This document shows, in pieces, positions 53,940-64,000 of a stretch of 64,000 bases of DNA. This DNA comes from Lama glama (lineage: Eukaryota): positions 63,924,001 through 63,988,000 of the forward strand of contig CM052817.1 of NCBI GenBank assembly GCA_028534125.1, in the 5' to 3' direction. Numbering within the stretch: position 1 is the stretch's first letter; the number at the start of each line of letters is the position of its first letter. The notes under the pieces were generated by a model. It was not told the DNA's origin. It did not search any database and saw only the letters and a list, made by a program, of their open reading frames with translations. The position numbers and the translations under genes were made by a program.

Positions 53940-56335
53940 ATTTGAGTTTCCAGTTCCACATGTAAGAAACTTGAAAGTTGCCACTCCTCCCTAATAAGTA
54001 AAAACCTGAACAGAATGAAAAATCAAACTCTTCTTGGATCCATGAGACAGCAGAGAACTCAGGACAAATGGCTGTCCCCAAAATTGGAGAGACAGACAAA
54101 CACAAGGAGTCATAGCTTACCAGAGTAGAAACTTCCTACCCTGGCACTGTGGGAACCAGTGCCAGGGTAGGAAAATCTGAACTGTAACTGATGAATTGCT
54201 GCAAGCTTAGTGCAGACAAGCCCGAAAGTTAAAAACTCCAGGACCTTAGTCGTAGAGGAGGACCCCACAATTCTGATTTACCTCCAGGAGCTTTGCTGGA
54301 TTCTCACAGTAAATATTAGAGTAAAATTCCCTTATCCTTCCGGCAGAGTTAGAGGGAAAGGAACCATTCTGAAATAAACCAGAGCACTATGTTTTTCTTA
54401 ACAATGCCTACTCTGAGGAGAATCTAATTAACCACAGCCTAAACTGCTGGAACATTCTTAGCATCTAATAGACCTTGGGGAAGGAAAACATTCTTGTCAA
54501 TCCTAGCTTTCCACAAAGATAAAGGCAATACCTAACTCCATCCCACATCAGCCACCCTATGCCAACTAAGGGAGAAAAAAGAAAAAAAAAAAAAACTGAG
54601 AAAACACTTTTGATGCTCACAGTCCAGGAGCATGGGCTCACAAAAACACTGAGAGCTAGTCATAGGATTATAGTTCTTCCAGACCACATTACTAAAGGCA
54701 TATTTTCAACAGTTCCTTTACGTGATAAATCCTATCAAGTGCTAGAGACTGAATCTTTATGTTCCTCCAACATACATGTTTAAACCTATTGCCCCAATGT
54801 GATGGTATCTGAAGGTGGTGCCTCTAGGATGTGATTAACTCATGAGGGCAGAGTTCTCATTAACAAAATTAATGCCTTTATTTAAAAAAATAAACAAAAA
54901 CACCCAGGAGAGTTCCCTTGACCCTTCCACTATTCAAAAAAACAGCAAAAAAAAAAAAAAAAAAACATGACCGTCTATGACCAGGAAGCAGGCCTTGAAC
55001 AGATTATGAATCTGCTGGTCCCTTGATCTTGGACCTCCCAGCCTCACAGAACTATAAGGAATAAATTTGTCTTTTTTATAAGCCAACTAGTCTATAGTAT
55101 TCTGTTATAGCCACCCAAGCTAAGACACCCAGTTATCAAGAAAAAATTACAGCAAATATTAGAAAGCAAAAAGCACCATTAGAAGACACAGTAAACAACA
55201 GAACTAGGAACCAGGCACTGCAGAGAGTGCAATCAATTAGATCAGGAATTTAAAATATGTATATTAATGTGCTAAGGGCTCTAATGGGTAAAAAAAGAGT
55301 GCAAGAACAGATGAGCAATGTAACCAGAGAGATAGAAGTTCTAAAAATAAATAAAGAAAAAGAAAAAGAAATGCTAGAGATCAAAAACATCATGACAGAA
55401 ATGAAAATGAAGAATGCCTTTATAGGTTTATTAGTAGACACAGCTGAAAAAAGAATCTCTAGCCTTGAGAATATATCAATAGAAACCTCCAAAACTGAAA
55501 AGCAAAGAGAACAAAGACAGAAAAAAATCAAAACAGAATATCTAAAGACTAAGTGACAACTACGAAAGGTGTTATATATGAATAATGGGAATATCAGAAA
55601 GGAAAGAAAGAACCAGAAGAAATGTTTGAGAAAATAATTACTGACAATTTCCCCAAGTTAATGTCAAACAACAAACCACAGATCCAGAAAGGTCAGAGAA
55701 CACCAATGCCTCCAAAATAAGGATAACTGTAAAAAAAAAAAAAAAAACTACACTAGGCATATCATCTTCAAAATACAGAAAAAAAAAGATTAAAAAAAAA
55801 ATTCTGGAAGAAGCCAGAGGGAAAAAAACACCTTCCATAAGGAGAAACAAAGAATTACATCTGACTTCTCCAAAGAAATTCTACAAGCAAAAAAAGAGTA
55901 GAATAAAATATTTAAAGTGTTGAGAGAAAAAAACCAACCTAGAATCCTATACCATGTAAAATTATCTTTTAAAAGTGAGAGATATACTTTCTTAGACAAA
56001 TAAAACAAAATTAAATTTGTTCCAGTAGACCTGCTAACAAGAAATGTTAAGTTTCTTAAAAAAGAGGAAAATGATATTAGTCAGAAATTCAAATTTGCAT
56101 AAAAGGAAGAGTAAATAATAACCTTCCAAAACAAATGCACCAGACCCTGATGGGTTCACGGGTGAATTCTACCAAACATTTAAGGAAAACTTTTAAGGAG
56201 ATTATAGTTCTCAATAATCTCTTTTAGAGGATATAAGCAGAGGGAATACTTCCTAACTCATTCTGAGGCCAGCATTACCCTAATACTAAAATCAGACAAA
56301 CACACCACAAGAAAACTACAGACCATTATCTCATG
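53940..56335 (+). mobile_element. Old L1 (L1MD/L1M4-like) 5'UTR plus ORF1, joined to a short ORF2 piece
   Basis: ORF 55257-55556 'QEQMSNVTREIEVLK...EMKNAF...DTAEKRISSLE'; 'ccctgatgggttcacgggtgaattctaccaaacattt' (PDGFTGEFYQTF). Confidence 0.8.
54740..55127 (+). mobile_element. MLT1A-type solo LTR nested in L1
   Basis: 'tgctagagactgaat...cccaatgtgatggtat...cttgatcttggacctcccagcctc...ctaagaca'. Confidence 0.85.
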
Positions 56336-57039
56336 ATTCTAAATTAACACATTTTATCCTGTTCGAGATTGTAATTGTTAGTCCATGAAAATAATTGTAT
56401 TATATTACTCTGTTATTGTATCTTTTTCTAATACTTCTATAAGTAATATTTTTCATAGCTGACTAATAATTCAGAGGAAGATCAAGAAAATCAAGTACAG
56501 AGAAAATTCTTATTGACATACTTATTTTTCAGCTGATAATCATTTATCCTTACTCTAAATGGATTTACTTTAAAATTTGTATCCTATAATTTTTACCTAT
56601 AATCTTCAAGTTTTTAAATTTAAATATAACAATATACTAGAGGAAAAAAATTCCAAAGTGTTTCTGGTTGTTTTTTTTTTCTTTTGCCTACAAGTTCCAA
56701 ATGATTAAACTGAAACATAGCTATAATAAAATATGCAATTGGCATTTAAGGTTTTACATTAATAAATATACACTATCTAACAATGAAGATAAAAATCTTA
56801 CTATGTACTAACTGGACTACACCAAGAATATTATTCTTAGATCTCAACATCATATTTTTTAAAGAGAGAAAGATTCAAAAACTGAAGAAAATCCCTAGAT
56901 AACGTCAAAAGAAAATAAGGTATCTTTAAGTTAAATAATAATAATAGTCAAAGATATTTATAACATTTATCCTCACTAAAAAGATTTAAAGGGAGATTGA
57001 AAAGAAGTCTTCAGAAAAGGGAGAATAAGTAGACAGCAA

Positions 57040-57180
57040 GCAGGTAAGTTTAGGTCAGTTTAAGAAGGAAATTGTAAAAAATAGAGTTGTCTGCTACTGC
57101 ATCAAGAAACCTCAGGGGTATTGAGTTCTTTATCACAAGAGGTGTTCAAGACAGATGGTGAGTGATCACTTGAAGATTTA
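57040..57180 (+). mobile_element. CR1/L3 3' fragment
   Basis: 'tcacaagaggtgttcaagacagatggtgagtgatcacttg' resembles the CR1 terminal motif. Confidence 0.45.
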
Positions 57181-57339
57181 AAATACAGTTCCGTCAGTTC
57201 CGTCCGCAATATTCTTTGAGTGACGACTACCCACCAGGCACAGTATATCCAAGAGTACTCTAACTTCATGATAGTAAGACATACAATTTAATGACCTTAA
57301 AATCTAAAAAGTAGATGAAGTAGCTGTTTTTCAACTTAC

Positions 57340-57451
57340 TTTCTTTTCCTCCTGCTGTATTATTACTTCATAAAGTCGTGGAAGATTTAAGCAATAATTT
57401 TGCTGTTGATCTTTCTTGATGTTAATGTTTTTATAATGTGGTGCTTTTTTC
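57340..57451 (-). CDS. Candidate internal coding exon of an unidentified gene
   Basis: Acceptor 'ctttctaatttttccaaag', donor 'aaa|gtaagt'; one of three frames open: KKAPHYKNINIKKDQQQNYCLNLPRLYEVIIQQEEKK. Confidence 0.35.
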
Positions 57452-57939
57452 CTTTGGAAAAATTAGAAAGAAATTTATTCTCAATTTCAAATACATAAAT
57501 GTTTATATAAGCTAAGGGAATATTTTTACACCAACATTTCTTGATTAAAAAGTATTCAACAATAAGATCATCTAGGTGTGTTTGGCCAATATATTCTAAA
57601 TTTTGTAAAATGTATACATTTATGTTAGTTCTGCATTTTCCAATTCAGAGCATTATAATATAATGATTCCAAAAAGAAAATAAAATGTGAAATTTATGTC
57701 ATGAGTTTAAATAAAAAGCTACCAAAGTTTCCTGTTTATTTTATTTACCATAAAGTCTTTAAAATTTCCAATCACTTGGTATTTCAACTATTCACTAAAA
57801 TAAAGGGAAAGCAGTTAACGCTATTTATATCATAAAACAATCAGGAAAAGGGCATAAAGAAAGATCTTTGAAAATGAAAGAGAAGCTATTTACACCATCC
57901 CAATTAAGAATAAGAAACTAAGCAACAAGTAACAGCCCA

Positions 57940-58175
57940 AGATTTGGAGTCAGATAGCCTGATATGAATCCTAACATTGCTATCTACTAGCTGTATGACC
58001 TTACACAAATCATCTAACTTCTCTAAATTTCAGATTTGACTCTTCACCTGTAATTGGAAATAGTAATAACCTACCCTCATGGTTGTAATGACCACAGTGG
58101 ACAATACATGTGAAGTGTTTAGTGACACACATAGCCCACAGTAAGGACAAACAATAATGGTTAGTTATCATTATT
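57940..58175 (+). mobile_element. MIR
   Basis: 'ttggagtcagatagcctg...tactagctgtatgacctt'. Confidence 0.75.
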
Positions 58176-58317
58176 ATAAGAATATATTTAAATAGGCTAC
58201 GCCAACTATAATACTAGTTTTTTCTAGTTCTTAAACAAAATTTTGGAAAAAATATCATATTAAACATTTCCAATGAACTATACTGAACACAAGCAGAATA
58301 AAAATTGATAGTAGAAA

Positions 58318-58443
58318 TGTGACAATGAATATATGTATGTTCATGTATAACTGAAAAATTGTGCTCTATATTGGAATTTGACACAGAATTGTAAAATGAC
58401 TATAACTCAATAAAAAAAAGTTTAAAAAAAAAGAGGGAGAGAA
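58318..58443 (+). mobile_element. Young camelid-type L1 3' stub
   Basis: 'tgtgacaatgaatatatgtatgttcatgtataactgaaaaattgtgctct...gactataactcaataaaaaa'; 18-bp TSD aaaa(a/c)ttgatagtagaaa. Confidence 0.85.
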
Positions 58444-59114
58444 AAAACTTGATAGTAGAAAAACACAGAACCAAATGCTTCAGTTACATAATTGCCATTT
58501 TTTTAGACATTACTATGATTTAAATATGCACTTAACATCTCTGTTCACTGTCAAATGCTGACTTCACTGATTTTCTTGCACAAAATTCAACAAATGAGTT
58601 TATTTTCAAAATCTCAGTTTTAGGGGGAAAAAAATGTATATTTAGGATATCAGAAGGGTCACATATCATTGAGGTCTGTGTTTTCCCAAAAAGAAACCTA
58701 TAAACTCATTCTTCCATTTGGAGTAGCTAATTATCTCAATTTTTATACCATATCAAATCTTTCAGAATAATTATGACTCAATCAATTTTTTAAAAAGTCA
58801 AAAAAAAAAAAGATAGAAAATATCAACTGCCAGAAGGAACCAAGGCAAGTCCAAATAAAAGATACAGTGAAGGCAGCAAAACCCAAGAGCAGACAAATTA
58901 TGGAAATGGTGAACTATCTGAAGCAGTTTAGAATGCAGTCTATATGGACAAAATCCTTTAAGTAACAGTGAAAATACCAACAGAAGAAAGGAAACAAGGG
59001 AAAAAACAAAGATCAAAGAGAGAATAACATTTAAAAAGTAGGAGGAGAATGGGAGTGGGACAAGGTTGGAGAAGCAAAAAGGACAGTTAGGAAAAAACTC
59101 AAGGAAAATCAGAG

Positions 59115-59165
59115 CAGGCAGGCAGGCAGGCAGATAGACACACAGACAGACAGACAGACAGACAA
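59115..59165. repeat. Compound (CAGG)n/(CAGA)n microsatellite
   Basis: Visible tetranucleotide runs. Confidence 0.85.
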
Positions 59166-60019
59166 GAAAACAGCCAAACTGGAAAAAGAAAATGATAAAA
59201 CACTAAATAATAGAAGCATTAGGACAAGGCGATAAGCAGAGTTAGAGCATTTGACACTTTGTTTTATTTGGCAGAATAACAAAGATTAAATTTAGATCCC
59301 ATTAAGCTACATATACATCTAAAATTTCTAATGTAACTACTAAAAAAAACAAAAAACAGTATATTTCCCATATTAGGAGAGTGAAAAAATGAAAAGGACA
59401 ATAGCATATTGTATAAATTCCAAAAAACAAATAGCATGTTTTATTCTTTTTATTCTCAGTTACTAAGTTTATTACTAGGACACAGCAAGAATTCAAACAG
59501 TGTTAATTCAATGAATGCATAGTAGCAAAGGGAGTTTAAGCAAGAGCCTCAGCTAGGTCCACTGCTGGTATACAGATGCGTCTGAGTCTGACTAGCACAC
59601 TAATTGGATAGGTAATCACTGTGGGACTTCCTGCGAGACAGCTCATTCTATGAGAGAAAGAATCAGGCAGGTAAGCTGGATCCTGTTAAAAAATTGAACC
59701 ATGATAGATTCTGAGAACAACGTGGTATCTGTTACTCAATTTTGCCTTCCATGGACTTGTGTCTAAGGTCTTACTGTAGGAGTAGGAGAAAATAAAGATA
59801 GGAAGAGTTATTCTACCAGAAAGGTATTTCCTAGTTAAACTTCACATATATCACCTCCAACTTAATGCTATGGCTCTGACTCACACTGAGAATGCCTACT
59901 AAATCTCTCACGTAGTCAGACGAGTGGACACCAGAGCCAGGAACATAATCCTGGGTTACTTTCTTTTATATTTTCTCTGATCTTTTGTCCATTTTATAAT
60001 TAAAAACAGTATATTTTAG

Positions 60020-60230
60020 TGCTTAGATACATGGGCTGCATAATCGACGAGGCCATAGCTAATGTCAAGCTCTGCGACGTAATAGCTATATATTAAATAT
60101 GCAATTTATTCTCCTTGACCCTCACATTTTTTCCTGATAAAATAGGTACAAGAGTAACTACACAGAGACTTGTGAAGATTAATGAGGTAATACACGTAAA
60201 ACAGGTAGCCCCAGGATCTGGCTCACAGAA
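60020..60230 (+). mobile_element. MIR fragment
   Basis: 'gacttgtgaagattaatgaggtaatacacgtaaa'. Confidence 0.5.
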
Positions 60231-63200
60231 GAGCAATCATTTTCTTACAGGTCATTCCAAAATAAATATTTCTTGGAGTTTTTCATACTGACTTTTCCTT
60301 TCATAACAGCATAATCTAGTCTGAATTATTAGAATACTTTATAGTCAAGAACTATAGTAAAGGTACACTTTTTTTTTTTTTTTACTTACTGGGTTATATC
60401 ATACTGTCCAGGACCAGGCCCTGACTTTATAGGTAACTCTAGTCTTCCTAAAGAGTTGCCAAAATGTATCCCCTTGTATTTCGAAGTTACACTGCAAAAA
60501 CCCTTCAAAAAAAAAAAAAGTGAAAATGAGACACGGTTTAAGTAAGACATGAAACAATGCTGAACTTAAGTCTAAAGCAAGGATAGCCTTAGTCAAGGAG
60601 GTTCCAATGGGAAATGCTAAAGTCTCCCTTGATACAACTCAAGCTAAGTTATCACTGCTGTGCCCCATCCCACTCCTGAGTCAGCCAGGATTCCCAGAAA
60701 AGTGCCTGTAGTTCAGCATATCCTCGACCAATATGAACAGCTTTGCCCTTGGCAGCACAATCAGCAATCTAAAACCTTAAGGGCAATGAAAATTAGCTCC
60801 TCATCATTTAAAAAGGGGAGGAAGGGCAGATTTGTACAATATAGGGAATGCGAAAATCTAGCAAAAATGATCATTAAATAGAAATTAATTTTAAGAGATT
60901 AAACACCATCAGATGTTAGACAACTTCTAATTACCTAGTTTTTAAAACTATAAGATATTCATGTACAGCTTTCAAAGAGTAACAAATATGTAACAAATAT
61001 ATAACAGAAATTAAGCACTAACTCCAGTTCATTATCTTGTCAATACTTGATCAGTTCCTTAATGCCAAAGAAATCATTTTGTGATGTGGGAAATCAACAA
61101 TCATCTTCCTTCTCATTCACTATAATAAATATCAAAATCAGGCACTACCCACTAAAGTATTTACTTTAGAGAATTTAAAACACCTAGTTTCATTAGAAAC
61201 TAATAAAATGTAAAACAAGAACAGTCTCCTCCCTTAACAGGAATTCTCTTGTGTTGATCTAATATTTTCTCAAGTAAGCAATCATTTAAGAATTTTTTCA
61301 ATGGTAAAAGGTAAACTTCAGTCTATTTAACTTATTTAGTTCATAGTTGTAAAATTTTGTATAGGCATATGTGATATGCCTATATAAGCATAAGTATATA
61401 GGCATATAATTTATATAGGCATGGATTATTAAAACAATTAACATACAAACTGAATAAAATCCCCCTAACATAAACTTTAGGTTAACTGCATAAAACAGCA
61501 TGTCAGTTGTTCTAGGTGACCAGCACTATTCTACAACAGTGGCACCAATCTCTCTCAATTACCATCATAAACAATATTAATGAAATAAATAGCAATTAGA
61601 GATTAGAAAGCATAATTCCAGTTCATACTGGATAATTAAGCCCGTATCTGTCCTACTCCCACCAGAATTTCAAAAGAAGTATATAAAATGCACATAAATT
61701 AACAGTGCTAGAAACTAAAAGAAAGTTTAAGGAACTTCTGGAAAATACAGCACAGCAGAGACTAGAATCAGGCAAAGATCTCACTGCATGTGAAAAGAAC
61801 CTCAGCTGAATCCTACTAACATCCCCAGAAAGATAAGAACTAGAGGTAAGGATGGACTCATATTAAGTAGGGAGTATTTCTCAAAACTGCTAATAACCTT
61901 AGAGATTTCTTTGTACCAGTGCCATTATATGAAGTGATGAAAGAATGTTTAAAAACCCACTTTATTCTCAGAGTGGATGGTTGGAATAAATTGGAAGCAC
62001 TGGCAATGGCCCCTAACAAGAACAGACTTTCTAGAGAGCCCCACTCCAGAAAGCTTTGGGATGCCACAACAAAACCCAAAATAAGCTGGAACAGCACTTA
62101 ATTCCTACTATATAAGAACATCTTTTACTTTCTAGAACTTCCCACTAAAAATCAGCCCTCAAATATTATAAAATACAAATGCAATAAAATTAAACTTTCC
62201 CTTCTACACCTACTTCGTTTAAAGAATTAAATTGGGACCAAAACAATCTCTGACAGAAATTTGATGTTTGCATAAAGTGAAACGGGACCTTTGTTGATTC
62301 TTTTTTCATACACACAATCTCAAAGAGAAGCTGAATTATAGTTTTTCTAAAGGTTTCCCCTGCTTTAATTTTAGTAAATCTCTTTGTTCCTTGCTTGGGG
62401 TGGTAGAGGGTGTTGGAGTTGAGGATAGAAAACCAGGGTGTTACATACTATGTCCAAATAAGATTCAGACATATTTTGGAATGTCTAATGAACTATTAGT
62501 GCAAATCAACCAGATGAACGTGAAAACTAATCCTACAAGGCGCAGTTAGTCATGATGACCCACACCTAGTAAGGAAATCTTACTGTTAAAAAAGTAGCTA
62601 ACTACTGGGTGTTTTCTGTTGACTGGATTTGCCTTCTAACAGACAATCCCCACTGGATTTTATGCCTGTGTCTTGTAGAGTAGGGGCGATGACAAAAATC
62701 TCAAAGACCCCGTTTCATTAAAACAGTGGTAAAAATCAGTGCTACCTCTAGAGCACTCTGTCCAATAGAGTATAACACAAAGAGAGAAGAGCCAATCTCC
62801 CCACCATCACCTCAGCTCATCATGCAGCTTCAGCTGTGATGGAGGACACTGGTGGAAATGCCCAAGAGAGAGCAGCATCTGGCAAGAGACTGAAATGCCT
62901 AGAGGAGCAGAAGCTGCCTATTATAATGTCGCCACGTTAGATATTTTACATATTTCAGACAGGAGCATACCTAATATGCTGATTTACTATAACACAGATT
63001 TTTAAAAAGAACATCAGTATTTTAAAACAGAGGATTTTGACAAATCATCTTTAATATATTTTTATAGCTTAAAAAAATATGTATTATGGTTTTATATTAA
63101 TTTTTTAACACAGCATTTCAGGACCTCTAGTAGAATTATGTCCAAGAAGCTTTCTTCAGGTTAATTTAGATTATTGTGATTTTTGTGGTTCAACTATTTC

Positions 63201-63794
63201 TTAAGGTAATCCAGTAGAAGGGAAGATTACACATACACAGATAAATACACACCACTCAAGACAACAGCAAAATCCGTTTTCTGTGTATACACTAAAATTC
63301 ATTTCATTAAACCATGGAACTACTTAACTCACTAACCTCTGCAGTTCTTAGGTAAATGTTCCATCAGAAATTTAATCTAAAAGCCTTTTTAAAATACAGA
63401 CAGAAAATAAAGAATAAACAGATGTAGTCTTAACTCTAAATCACACTCTCCTTATATCAAGTGTTGACAATACCATCTTCAAGGTCACTGTCAACTTGGA
63501 AAATCATTAACAAATAAAATATGACTTAATTGAAGCAAACTCAGCATGGAGCTGCATTATTTCAAGTGAATGTTGTAATATAACTTGAAGAAGAATTGCT
63601 AACTGCCACTTTCATTGACAATGAAATAAATGAAGGGGCTATGCAACTCTCCCCACCATGTCTTTTGCATAATTAAGTATAAAAATAGAATTTGTGAAGA
63701 ATTAAAAGTCCCAAAGTGCACCAGTTCCAACACTAATGGACCATATTCCAGTGTGGCAGTTCCCAGCATGTTATCATTAGCAAATATATCAGTG

Positions 63795-63870
63795 TCATAA
63801 TTCCAATCGCAAACTTTGCTTGGGAAATTCACCTCTGAAAAATAGATTTCTAATGGCTACCTGGGCTCTT
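63795..63870 (-). CDS. Possible terminal coding exon of an unidentified gene
   Basis: Long polypyrimidine tract plus AG acceptor at 63871; frame RAQVAIRNLFFRGEFPKQSLRLEL*; other frames or acceptors are possible. Confidence 0.2.
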
Positions 63871-64000
63871 CTTAAAAAAAAAAAAAAAACAGAGAGAGAG
63901 AAGCTAAATTTTATAATTCAAAATGTTATACAAAATAATTTATATAGAGAATTTCTCTTTACAGACTAAATATAGCTAAAAATTATTTGTTAGCTAGAGT

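Noticed and set aside
53271..53984. 237-aa ORF and overlapping ORFs at 53.0-53.5 kb
   Set aside because: Lie in a GC-richer L1 5'UTR where stops are rarer; no recognisable domain
1..64000. CRISPR array, operon or prokaryotic defence system
   Set aside because: Mammalian repeat-rich DNA; no repeat-spacer arrays, long ORFs or operon structure

Overview
AT-rich, CpG-poor mammalian genomic DNA, not prokaryotic. It is most likely from a camelid, based on a tRNA-Ala-derived vic-1-type SINE and a camelid-type L1 3' end. Roughly half of the window is transposable-element debris: artiodactyl and older L1s, L2, MIR, CR1/L3, MaLR and ERVL LTR elements, and hAT and Tigger DNA transposons. The one gene-derived sequence I can name is an ancient processed pseudogene of DGKD (about 12.95-14.2 kb), interrupted by a MER58 transposon. 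Several exon-like segments suggest an unidentified minus-strand host gene (best candidate 57340-57451) and possibly a decayed plus-strand multi-exon gene at 0-2.6 kb; both are low confidence. Structural points of interest are a perfect 17-bp hairpin inside an old L1, a tail-to-tail rearranged L1, a divergent pair of CTCF motifs and an RFX/CCAAT/E-box cluster. I see no evidence of a novel multi-gene system. Repeat subfamily names come from recalled consensus sequences and need RepeatMasker/Dfam confirmation.
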